DNA from: an uncultured delta proteobacterium
GTDB lineage: Bacteria; Myxococcota_A; Polyangia; Fen-1088
Assembly (NCBI GenBank): GCA_963796685.1
Contig: CAWCMR010000013.1
Coordinates: forward strand, 224,001 to 288,000
DNA: 64,000 nt
Direction: 5' to 3'
In this document: positions 36,044 to 45,356 of the stretch, one piece after another
Layout of the letters: the number at the start of each line of letters is the position of its first letter
Position numbering within the stretch: the first letter of the stretch is position 1
Translations under genes and position numbers: made by a program
The notes under the pieces: model-generated
The model's database searches: none
The model's input: only the letters and a program-made list of their open reading frames with translations
Told to the model about the DNA's origin: nothing

Positions 36044-36592
36044 ATGCGCAAGTTCCTAGTGGCCGTCACCCTCAGCACCCTGTTTTTTGTCCCCGCCGCG
36101 GCGCGCGCGGGATTTCTCGCCGAAGCCTCGCTTGGCCAGGGTTACCAGACATCGCCCACCCCACGCGCGTGGGAGCGGCTCAATCTGGAGATCGCACCAG
36201 GGTACGCACCTTCGCTGCCCGTGCTGTCCATGTTCCGCCTCCAACTCGGCATCGTGACCGACTTTGGCAACAAGGCCGGCACCAAGACCGACCTGGAGCT
36301 GCGGCCCATGATTTCCGTCGTCCCACCCATCTTTCCGCTCTACGGGCGTGTGATCTTCGTGGTGAACAACCTCTTAGAGCGCGGGGGAACCAAGCGCGAT
36401 ATCCAGTATGGCGCCGCCCTGGGAGCGCGCATCGGCTTGCCCTCGATTGGCATCATTCCCTCCATGGGTGTCTTCGCCGAGGTGGCCGCCTTGCCAGGCA
36501 AGCGCGACTTCGTCGACAGCACCACCTTGGCCACCAGCTCGAAGACCGCGTGGATCGTCGAAGGACGCGTCGGCGCGTATCTGGATTTTTAG
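36044..36592 (+). CDS. Hypothetical exported protein, probable small outer-membrane beta-barrel
   Basis: AGGAG RBS, AxA signal peptide, amphipathic strands and C-terminal YLDF. Confidence 0.75.
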   Translation: MRKFLVAVTLSTLFFVPAAARAGFLAEASLGQGYQTSPTPRAWERLNLEIAPGYAPSLPVLSMFRLQLGIVTDFGNKAGTKTDLELRPMISVVPPIFPLYGRVIFVVNNLLERGGTKRDIQYGAALGARIGLPSIGIIPSMGVFAEVAALPGKRDFVDSTTLATSSKTAWIVEGRVGAYLDF

Positions 36593-36707
36593 ATAGCAGG
36601 ATGGGGTACGAAACCAGGGTGCCCCCGCCCGCGACGGAGTTCATGATCCCCGCGCACGTGCCGCCGAGAAAGATCGCAAGCGAATCGAATTCAAGGAGGG
36701 TGTGCAT
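36590..36707 (-). pseudogene. 5' remnant of a TauE/SafE (TSUP) transporter gene
   Basis: MHTLLEFDSLAIFLGGTCAGIMNSVAGGGTLVSYPILL matches the TSUP N-terminal AG..N..AGGG motif; similarity is lost after ~38 codons. Confidence 0.65.
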
Positions 36708-36720
36708 TGATGCCCAATGT

Positions 36721-36755
36721 GGGTGGCGGGTGGCGGGTGGCGGGTGGCGGGTGGC
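36721..36755. repeat. Heptamer tandem repeat (GGGTGGC)x5
   Basis: Read directly from the sequence. Confidence 0.9.
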
Positions 36756-36839
36756 CGGTAACCGGGCAGGACGGTAGCAAGAGGGCACCGGCAGCGCCAT
36801 CGCGACTATGCGGCGCGATGGTGCTACGATTACCAGGCC

Positions 36840-37919
36840 ATGAAGCGACTCACCCTCGGCGCAGCCATGTTGTTCGTTCCACTGGCCCTGGCAGCCCGGC
36901 CAGCTCAGGCCCAGATCACCATCACCCCTGGTCCCGACGCGGCGGCATTTGCGAGCAGCCTCGGGATGACCACGGACCAGCTGACCAGCCTCATCACCAG
37001 CAAAGTGGATGGTCTGTTTCAGGTGACCAACGTGAATTCGTTTCTTCGCGACTTCCAGAATGCCCAGAGTTTTTCGAGCAAAGGCCTGGGCGTCGACTAT
37101 GCCTCCGAGGCCACGCTGGCCGAGGTCGGAGCGACCCTCAGTCTGGCGAGCAACATCGACAAGGCGTACAAGCCCACGGGCTCGTACACCGATCCGCCCA
37201 TCCAAGGCGGCGGCGCGAACTTCTCGCTCATGGGCGGGCTTGGGCTCGGTCTCTTCGGCCTGGATCCCGTGATGATCTTCGCCAACTGGTTCAAGGGCAG
37301 CGCCACCCTGGGCCAGCTCGATGGCGACTACCAGAATTGGGGGCTCCACGGCCAGTTCCGCCTCCTCGGACCCACGCGCAGCATGTCGGCCACCAAGTTG
37401 CTCGTCCGATGGGGTGGCATCGCGATCACCAGCGGCGTCGACTACGCGCACGTCGGGCTGAGCACCAGCAGCAACATCTCGTCGAAGTTCGACGTCGCCC
37501 AGGGCGCACCCGTCACGGTCACCAGCGCCGGCAATCTCAAATTCACCCTGGATCAGACCACGTGGAGCGTTCCGCTCGAGATCACCACCAGTCTTCGCCT
37601 TCTGTCCCTCATCACCGTGTACGGTGGGCTCGGCTTCGACTGGCAACTGGGTGGCGGTTGCGATTTGCATATCCTCATGTCGCAGGCAAGTCTGAGCGGT
37701 CAGGTGCAGACCCCGTCGGGGACCGTGCCCTATAGCAACCTCGGCACCGTGGACGTCCGAGCCGATGGACACGTCAGTCCCAGCTCGGCCAGGGTGCGGG
37801 AGATCGCGGGGCTCCAACTCAGCATCCTGGATGTCATCCGCATCTTCGCCCAGGTCAATACCACCGCCAGCTCGCCTGTCCTGACCAGCCTGGCCATGGG
37901 CTTGCGTCTGGCGATCTGA
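36840..37919 (+). CDS. Hypothetical exported beta-rich protein (possibly Lsa36-like or outer-membrane)
   Basis: Signal peptide AQA, alternating Gly/aromatic strands; family assignment is tentative. Confidence 0.7.
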   Translation: MKRLTLGAAMLFVPLALAARPAQAQITITPGPDAAAFASSLGMTTDQLTSLITSKVDGLFQVTNVNSFLRDFQNAQSFSSKGLGVDYASEATLAEVGATLSLASNIDKAYKPTGSYTDPPIQGGGANFSLMGGLGLGLFGLDPVMIFANWFKGSATLGQLDGDYQNWGLHGQFRLLGPTRSMSATKLLVRWGGIAITSGVDYAHVGLSTSSNISSKFDVAQGAPVTVTSAGNLKFTLDQTTWSVPLEITTSLRLLSLITVYGGLGFDWQLGGGCDLHILMSQASLSGQVQTPSGTVPYSNLGTVDVRADGHVSPSSARVREIAGLQLSILDVIRIFAQVNTTASSPVLTSLAMGLRLAI

Positions 37920-38067
37920 GCGTTCGCGCGTGCCTCGGAGAGCCGCGCGCGGTTCAGGCGGGCGGTCGGCTCCCCTGCGCCACGGTGCCTCTGATGAGGT
38001 AACGCATGGTTCGAGAGTGGGTAGCGCGGATCTACGTCGGGGCCACAAGATCAGCGTCGGTAGACCG

Positions 38068-38096
38068 TTGACAGGGGAGGTGTGAGCCCCTACGCT
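38068..38096 (+). promoter_or_regulatory. Sigma70-type promoter of the HU gene
   Basis: TTGACA-17 bp-TACGCT. Confidence 0.7.
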
Positions 38097-38133
38097 TGGC
38101 GGCTGTTCTTCCATCGCTGACAAGGGCACAACG

Positions 38134-38472
38134 ATGACTAAGGCCGAGCTTATCGACAAGGTAGCAAGTCGCAAGGATCTCCCCCGCAACTTGCCCAAGA
38201 AGGTCTACGCCCGAATCATCGACGCCGTGTTTACCGAGGTCGGAGACTACTTCATTCGCGCACGGCCCAGCTTGTCGAATCCGCCCCGGCTCAGCTATCC
38301 CGGCTTCGGCACCTTCACCAAGCGCCGCCGCAATTCCCGTACGGTTCGCAACCCCAGCACGGGCGAGCCCATCGCCATCCCGGCCCAGTGCACGGTGGTG
38401 TTCACGCCTGGCCAGGAACTGAAGAACCTCATCAACCGGGTGCCGTCCAAGAACGCGTCGTCGGCGGCGTAG
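38134..38472 (+). CDS. HU/IHF family DNA-binding protein
   Basis: MTKAELI, GFGTF, RNPSTGEPIAIPA and FTPGQELK. Confidence 0.92.
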   Translation: MTKAELIDKVASRKDLPRNLPKKVYARIIDAVFTEVGDYFIRARPSLSNPPRLSYPGFGTFTKRRRNSRTVRNPSTGEPIAIPAQCTVVFTPGQELKNLINRVPSKNASSAA

Positions 38473-38503
38473 CGTCGGTTTTGAAGGTTTTGAAAGCCGC
38501 CCC

Positions 38504-40717
38504 CTACAGGCGGTGTTCCTCGAACGCGAGGAGCTTGGCCTTGAGAGCGTCGAGCACGGCCTTTTGCCCAGGATCGTCCGCCAGGTTCTTCATCTGCTTG
38601 GGGTCGGAGGCGAGGTCGAAGAGCTCGAAACGGCGTTCCGAGACCTTGTGAACGAGCTTTCGCCCGCGATCCACCATGACGACCTGGTTGTCCGGCGTGG
38701 CGGTGGACGGCAACAGCTCGGCGAAAATGGGACGCGGGGGCAGGGTGCCGCCCTCTATAATGGGTAGCAAGCTGCGTCCGTGCAGGTACGCGGGCGGTGT
38801 CACGCCGATGAGGTCGAGCAAGGTTGGCCCCACATCGATAAGCCCGACTTCTTCGTCGGAGGTGACCGGAGGCTTGCCCGGGACCGCGATGATGAGGGGA
38901 ATGCGCAGCTCTTCCTCGGTGAGGTTCTGGCCGTGGAAGTAGACCTTGTGCTCGCCCCAGGCCTCGCCGTGATCGCCGAACACCACGATGGCCGTGTTGT
39001 CGGCCAACTTGGTCTCGTCCAGGACCCTCAGGATCTTGCCGATCCACAGATCGTCGAACGCGATCTCGTAGTCGTACTTCTCTTCCAGCCCCCGAATGCC
39101 CGACAACGTCGTGGGGAACTCGGCGTGGGGCATGTAGCTCGAATGGGGCTCGAACAGGTGTGTCCACAGCACGAACCGCTCACCGGACTTGGCCGCCTTG
39201 CGCAGGCGGTCGATCACGCGCGGAACGATGCGCGGGGCGGCGATGTCCTTGTTCGAATCGGCGATGGTCTTGGCGCCGTCGTCGGACCATTCGGCGAAGC
39301 CCTTCGAGATGCCTCGATCGGCGGTGAAGTAGAAGTGCGAAAAGATGCCGATGGGGCGCAAGCCTGCGCTGGCCATGGGCTCGAAGATGGTGTGATTCGA
39401 CGGCAGAAGCGGCGAGTAGTTGAGCGAGCGTTTTTGCCAGGCTATTTCGGACGGGTAGCGCGACGTCACGAACGAGGGGAAAGAGCGCGGCGTGTTGGGC
39501 GCCTGCGACCAGACCCGGCGAAAGTACGCGCCCCTGCGGGCGAGCGCATCGAGGTTGGGCGTCAGCGAATGGCCCGGCGGTCGACCATAGCCCGCCACGC
39601 CCAGGCGATCGGCACGCGTGGCATCGATGGCGATAATCAGGATGTTGCCCGTGAATTTCCCGGACTTGATGCGGGGCGGTTTCGTGGCGGCGGCCGAGTG
39701 GGAATCCTCTTGGTCCGGGCTGCTTTCGGCGACGAGCGGAGCGTCTCCGCCTTCGCAATTCTGGTCGATGCCGTCGCCGGGAATGTCTTCGGCGCCCGGG
39801 TAGACGTCGGCGCGATGGTCGTCGCAATCGCCACCGCCGAACAGGGCGGAATAGCCGTCGCCATCGTGGTCGGTTGCCCTGCGCGCGATCCGGAGCGCGA
39901 GCTTCAGCCCGAGCCCACCGTCGTCGATGGCCGCATAGGTGGGCGAGGTTTCGCGGATGCGGCTCCCGGCTACCAGCATTCCAATCACCACCAAGGCAAT
40001 GGCCGGCCGGATGATTCGGGTGGGTGATTTTTGCAGCAACCGCCTTCCTAGCGCTGAGGCGTGCCAGAAGAGCCCGTGCGCCACGCCCAGCACCAGCGCG
40101 ACGGCGGCGGCGCCGAACGGTCCCAGGTCGAGCACGCGCCAGTCGGCGCGGGAAAGCGCGGCGACGAACGCCAACAATCCCGCCACGGACAGCAGGAGAG
40201 CGAGGAGGCCGGTCCGGCCGAGCTTCCGTGGCCGCGGCAGGGTCCGCCGGGCAAGGCGAGCGGCCAGCCGCCAGGTGGACAGGAACACGAGGGCCGCAGG
40301 CACGACGAAGACCAAGGCCAACCCGGCGCTGGCGATGGTGGCGAGCGTGCGGCTGTTCATGCCCGAGACGAAGCTGCCATAGCCGAGGCCTGCACCCGCC
40401 GCCAAGACTCCGCCAGCGGCAACGCCACCCAGAACCAGCCCGCAGGCACGCGCGTCGAGATCCTCGTCTTCGCGCAGGGCACCCCAGCCGCCAGGGATTG
40501 CCCTCAGAAACGTGGCTGTCGCCCAACCAAGCAGCGCGGCACCCAGCAGCCCGGCGCTTCCGTAAAGACCGGTCGACAGCGCCAGCGCCTCGAACGGACG
40601 TGCATGGTGGCCGCGCACGAGCACCAGGATGGCGTCGAACACCCCTGCGCCAAGGAAACCGGCGAAGGTGGAAACGGCAACGGGGACGTGGAATCGGGGA
40701 GTGTGGATCTCGCTCAT
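38504..40717 (-). CDS. Multi-TM sulfatase-like protein with MopE-like metal-binding motif
   Basis: About 7 TM segments; DCDD..YPGAEDIPGDGIDQNC; IDATRAD, APNTPRS, HLFEPH and DHGE. Confidence 0.85.
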   Translation of the reverse strand: MSEIHTPRFHVPVAVSTFAGFLGAGVFDAILVLVRGHHARPFEALALSTGLYGSAGLLGAALLGWATATFLRAIPGGWGALREDEDLDARACGLVLGGVAAGGVLAAGAGLGYGSFVSGMNSRTLATIASAGLALVFVVPAALVFLSTWRLAARLARRTLPRPRKLGRTGLLALLLSVAGLLAFVAALSRADWRVLDLGPFGAAAVALVLGVAHGLFWHASALGRRLLQKSPTRIIRPAIALVVIGMLVAGSRIRETSPTYAAIDDGGLGLKLALRIARRATDHDGDGYSALFGGGDCDDHRADVYPGAEDIPGDGIDQNCEGGDAPLVAESSPDQEDSHSAAATKPPRIKSGKFTGNILIIAIDATRADRLGVAGYGRPPGHSLTPNLDALARRGAYFRRVWSQAPNTPRSFPSFVTSRYPSEIAWQKRSLNYSPLLPSNHTIFEPMASAGLRPIGIFSHFYFTADRGISKGFAEWSDDGAKTIADSNKDIAAPRIVPRVIDRLRKAAKSGERFVLWTHLFEPHSSYMPHAEFPTTLSGIRGLEEKYDYEIAFDDLWIGKILRVLDETKLADNTAIVVFGDHGEAWGEHKVYFHGQNLTEEELRIPLIIAVPGKPPVTSDEEVGLIDVGPTLLDLIGVTPPAYLHGRSLLPIIEGGTLPPRPIFAELLPSTATPDNQVVMVDRGRKLVHKVSERRFELFDLASDPKQMKNLADDPGQKAVLDALKAKLLAFEEHRL

Positions 40718-40816
40718 CGAATTGGGACAGGAGACTAGCTCGCGAGATGGGCTGGACGCCAAGAAAAGCGAGGCCCACTCTTGACCGCCGCGGGCTGACC
40801 GAGCAACCTCCGCTTC

Positions 40817-43142
40817 GTGCGGTCAACCAAAACTCGAGAAGCCCTGGTCTCTCCCCTCAGCAGCTCTTCCACTCGCCCTGCTATGCTTCGCTTTATCCTG
40901 CCAAAAGCCGCAGGGCAGGGCCTTGTCCCCGGGATCGAGCAGCGTGATCTCGACGGCGCAGGCCGCGTCCGCATCGCCAAGCAAGATCGACCTCTCGGGC
41001 CATCGGGTGGCCTACGATCTGGTTCTCAACCGTGTACACGCGATTCTGCACCTGGGCGGCAGGATGATCCTTCCCGCTGGCGGGGTCGACTTCTACAAGT
41101 TCGTCGACGGTGGCTGGAAGGGCTCGTGGATCCTGGGCCAGAAGGACGGCGACAGACGCGTAGCCTACGTTTCCGGAGTTTCGGCGTCGTTCGGTTTTCC
41201 GCTCGACGCGGACGGCGACGGCGCGGCAGGCAAGTCGCTTTCCGATATGCAAATGACCCTTCTCATGCGCTCGGTGGCGGCCAACCAGAAGCTCTCGGTC
41301 TTCGCCAACGAGAAGCCTGTCACCACCATCGATGTCGCCAAGGATCGCGCGACCTACGACGTCACCCTGCCCGCGTCGGCGCTGACCCTGGGGGAAAATC
41401 GGGTGCGCCTGACCTTCCGCAACGCCGCGGCCATCGCGGGCGGCAAACGTGCCGCGGCGGCCATCGAGAGCATCGAGATTGGTCCGGCGAAAGCCGCCGC
41501 AGCCGGAGGCGCGCCCGGCTCCGCTCGCGTCCTGGCCAATCCGATCACGATCGATCTCGGCGGCGTCAAGAAGGTCGGGCTGTCGATTCCCGAGGCATCG
41601 CGCCTTTCGTACTACTTGCAGGTCCCGGCCAAGGCCACGCTGGCGCTCGCCTACGGGTCCGCCCAACCCGGCGTGACGGCGCAGATCCGAGTCGCCCGTG
41701 ATGGCGCGGCGCCGACAGAGCTTTTCGAAGGCCCCGCGCTGGCGCGATTCAGCGAGGGCGCTTGGGATCTGTCCGCGTTTGCCGGGCAGGCCGTGCGGCT
41801 CGATCTCCTATCCCACGGCGGCGGGATCGCCTGGGGGGAGCCGCGCCTGCTCGTTCCTGGCGCAGTGCCCGCGCTGGCCGCCAAGCACACCTTCGACCAT
41901 GTCTACGTGTGGATGTGCGACACGCTCCGCGCCGACAAGGTCCACGTCTACAACCCCAAGACCAACGTGCTGACGCCGAACTACGACGCGTTTGCCACGG
42001 ACGCCACCCGTTTCGCGTGGGCGCAGGTGCAAGGCACGTGGTCGTTGCCGTCGCAGGCGTCCATGCTGACCGGGGTCTATCCGAACGTGCATCGGGCCAC
42101 CGAGCAGACGTCCAAAATCAACGCTCAGCTCCCCATCGCGCCCGAAATTTTCAAGAAGGCCGGCTTTCGCACCGGGCTCTTCTCGTCGAATGGCTACATC
42201 TCGTCCAAGTGGGGCTTCGGCCGCGGCTTCGACGAGAACCGCAACTTCGTGCGCGAGAACCTGCCCAACGGTGCGGACAACCTGTGGGCCACGGCCAAGA
42301 AATGGATCATGCCGGCCAAAGCGAAGCCGCAGTTCGTCTACCTGGCGGTCATCGAGCCGCACGTCATCTACAACCCCAAGAAGGAATTTCTGAAGATGTA
42401 TTGGGACAAGCCGTACGGCGGCCCCATCAAGCCCGTGCTCACGGGAATTCAACTTGGCAAAATCAAGAAGGGCACGCTCAAGGTCAACGACACCGACAAG
42501 GCCTACCTCGAAGCCTTGCACAATGCCGAAATCACCCAGAGCGATACGGCCTTCGGTGTCTTTCTCGCCGATCTCAAGGCCGCGGGCCTGTACGACACGT
42601 CCGTGGTCATCGTCATCTCCGATCACGGCGATGAGTTCTGGGATCACGGGGACGTGGGGCATGCGCAGGGACCCCATCAGGAATTGGTGCACGTGCCCTT
42701 CATGATCCACGCCCCCGGCGTCTTGCCCGCCGGCCGCGTGATCCAAACCGACGTGGAGGCCATGGACATGGCGCCGACCGTGCTGGACCTGGCCGGGATT
42801 CCCGTGCCGGATTCGATGCAGGGACAGTCGCTCTTGCCCGTGGCTCTCGACGAGGTCGCGTACTCGCCCGCCTCCGGCATGACCCAGAACGGTTCCATGG
42901 CCCGCGGGATCAAGTCCGGACGCTACCGACTGATCCACTCGGGCGTGGGCCGCATCGAGCTCTACGATGAGATTGCGGATCCGCGCGAACAAACCGAGAT
43001 CGTCGGCAAGCGCCCCATCGCGCTTCGGCAGATGCGCGATGTGCTGGCTTTGCAGGTCGGTTTCGAGAACGTGTGGAAGAAGCGCTTGTGGGGCTCGCCC
43101 GCCAGTCCTACCGAGGCGTTCTACGCGGCGAACGCGAAGTAG
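40817..43142 (+). CDS. Sulfatase-like lipoprotein; probable +1 frameshift near 40850
   Basis: DTLRAD, WSLPSQAS, IEPH and DHGDEFWDHG. The frame upstream of 40923 reads LPLALLCFALSC (lipobox) with no start codon; GTG 40817 lies one frame off. Confidence 0.8.
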
Positions 43143-43168
43143 GGCCGTCGAGGAGGCGGGGAATTTGG

Positions 43169-44239
43169 CTATTCGCAGAAGCCGTAGATGAGTTGGGTCG
43201 AGCCTTCGAAGGCATGACAGGTCGTGCCCGTGGGGCAAACCCGCGTGGCCAAGCTGCAAATCGGCCGACAGGCACCGCTTGTGCCCGCCGCAGAGCCGGT
43301 CGGCACCACGCAACTGAGCCCGGCCCGACAGCCGGCGCAGCCGGATTCGCCGTTGCAGCCGGAATTCTGGGTACAGGACGTGCCCAAGTCGCCTTGGCCG
43401 GCGCAAGCGCAGTCGGTGGTCTCACCGGTGTAGACGAAGCACGACAGCCCCGTCGCGCAGCCGGCGGTGCCGGTTCCCGTCGGGTCGCACGGCCTGGAGC
43501 ACGCCGCGAAGCGTGGGGTGTTGCCGCACTGGATGGGGACGTTGCAGTAGGCGGCTTGCTCGTCGCACATCGCATCGCTGGCGCAGAAGCGCAGGCAGGT
43601 CATGACCGAACAGCCGGCGGCGCTGAAGGTAAAACACTGCGAGCCTGGCGCGCAGTCGTTGTTGCTGGCGCAGACGTCGCCCGGCTTGCCTGGTCCGGCC
43701 GCGTAGCACATCCCGATGGCTGGTTGATCCGCGGCGCACAGAAGGCCACAGGTCTGATCCGCCCCGCAGGCCGATGCGGGCGCGTAGGGATCGCAGGAAA
43801 GTTGGCTGGTGCCTCCATCGACGCTGGTGCCGCCGTCGAGAACGTGCTCGGGTCTGAGCGCGCCCAGGACGACCCGCACCGAAACTTCGACCACCTTGTT
43901 CTTGGCGATCGCGATCGCGGACTTGCCATAGCCCAAGGCAGCGCCATGCCCGTCGAGAGGCTCGACCTCGAAGGTCGCTTGTCCGACATGGGAGGCGCTG
44001 AATTCGACCGAGAATGTGATGGGATGGCTGGTATCGAGGTGGAGAGCCTCTGAAGGTTGGTTCGGGTAAAGGAGCGTGTCTTGCGCGGAGCCGCTTTCCA
44101 CGTGCACGCGGAACTGGGCCACACCGTCGACGCTGCCCGAATATGTCAGCACGGAGACGACGGCGTAGGCGTCGTCGGTGCAGGAAGCCACCCAAGGCAA
44201 GAGCGCAAGCACGAGCTGAATGCGGGAGCGGCTTGTCAC
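43169..44239 (-). CDS. Cysteine-rich lipoprotein
   Basis: VASC lipobox, DGG linker and more than 30 Cys in repeated modules. Confidence 0.8.
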   Translation of the reverse strand: MTSRSRIQLVLALLPWVASCTDDAYAVVSVLTYSGSVDGVAQFRVHVESGSAQDTLLYPNQPSEALHLDTSHPITFSVEFSASHVGQATFEVEPLDGHGAALGYGKSAIAIAKNKVVEVSVRVVLGALRPEHVLDGGTSVDGGTSQLSCDPYAPASACGADQTCGLLCAADQPAIGMCYAAGPGKPGDVCASNNDCAPGSQCFTFSAAGCSVMTCLRFCASDAMCDEQAAYCNVPIQCGNTPRFAACSRPCDPTGTGTAGCATGLSCFVYTGETTDCACAGQGDLGTSCTQNSGCNGESGCAGCRAGLSCVVPTGSAAGTSGACRPICSLATRVCPTGTTCHAFEGSTQLIYGFCE

Positions 44240-44637
44240 GGTTTGAACTCCTGGTTGCCGAGATCGGTCGCCGGCGGCGCGTGGCCGCGGCTCGAAACGA
44301 CGATGATGGCCACGGTCGCCGCGGCCGCCGCGCCCACAGCGGTCCAGAACCACCAACGCCGGAACATGGATGGGTGCTCGGGCTCGGGCACGCTCAAGTC
44401 GAGCGCGGGATTTGCAGGCGGTAGCTGAGTGGGAGCCGGCAGAAGGGTGGGGAGGGGCGCCGAAGGCTCCGACGCGGGAGCCGGCATCGGCCCGCTCGGT
44501 TGAGCAGGCGGTGGAAGATCGCCACCGCGAGCCGAAGCTGCCGAGACGAGCATAGACAGGGACACCAGCGCGGCGACCACGGTCGGGATTCGTTGTCTTG
44601 CCTGTCGTTGTCGCGATGCCATCGTGGAGTCCTTCAC
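44236..44637 (-). CDS. Hypothetical exported protein with WWFWT C-terminal membrane segment
   Basis: Signal peptide, Pro-rich linker, 'RRWWFWTAVG'; overlaps the next gene's start. Confidence 0.7.
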   Translation of the reverse strand: MKDSTMASRQRQARQRIPTVVAALVSLSMLVSAASARGGDLPPPAQPSGPMPAPASEPSAPLPTLLPAPTQLPPANPALDLSVPEPEHPSMFRRWWFWTAVGAAAAATVAIIVVSSRGHAPPATDLGNQEFKP

Positions 44638-44694
44638 GGCAGTCTGACCTACCTCGGCATGGAGGGTCGGGTCAACCCGTGCGACCGAAGGTCA

Positions 44695-45144
44695 CTACAA
44701 CTGCTTTGACGCGATGTACCCGGTGAGCTGCTCGATGATGCCTTCCTTCTCGGCGATGAGCGAGCGCAGGACGTCACCGATGGAAACCAGGCCCACGAAC
44801 TTGCCTTGGTCGAGGACCGGCAGATGTCGAATCTGCTTCGCGGTCATGAGGACCATGCATTCGTCGACGGAGTTCGAGGGCTGAACGAAGAACACGCGTT
44901 CAGCGGGGGTCATGACTTCAGCCACCGCGGTCTCCTTGGCGGCCTTGCCACTGAGCGTGATCCTGAACGCACAATCCCATTCGGTGAACAGGCCGGACAG
45001 CTTGCCCGGCTCATCGACGACCGCCAGCGCGCTGACCTGGGTCTCACTCATCAACTGCAGAGCGTCGAAGACGGTTGACTTGGAACGTACGGAGATCGGA
45101 GTCTTTTGCCGCTTTGCTGCCAAGAGCTCCGTCACGGTGATCAT
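44695..45144 (-). CDS. CBS domain protein
   Basis: TVFDALQLM, VAEVMT, IRHLPV and GLVSIGDV. Confidence 0.92.
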   Translation of the reverse strand: MITVTELLAAKRQKTPISVRSKSTVFDALQLMSETQVSALAVVDEPGKLSGLFTEWDCAFRITLSGKAAKETAVAEVMTPAERVFFVQPSNSVDECMVLMTAKQIRHLPVLDQGKFVGLVSIGDVLRSLIAEKEGIIEQLTGYIASKQL

Positions 45145-45356
45145 CGTCGACTCCCCATCCTGGTGAATTGGGTCATGGCTAGGTTAGAACACGAGGATAA
45201 GATCAGCGAAGGAAATCTTGACGGCCAAGCGTAACCATCACACCATCTTTCGCCACGGATTGTCGCCTTTTTCCAATCGCGCCGTCGTCAATCCGATTTG
45301 ATGGAACACCGCCCGCGCTGACCCTAATCGTTTGCCGGGTCTCAAAGAGGTATTGG

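Noticed and set aside
37991-38016. Hammerhead ribozyme core (CTGATGAG)
   Set aside because: No stem II followed by GAAA, and no flanking stems
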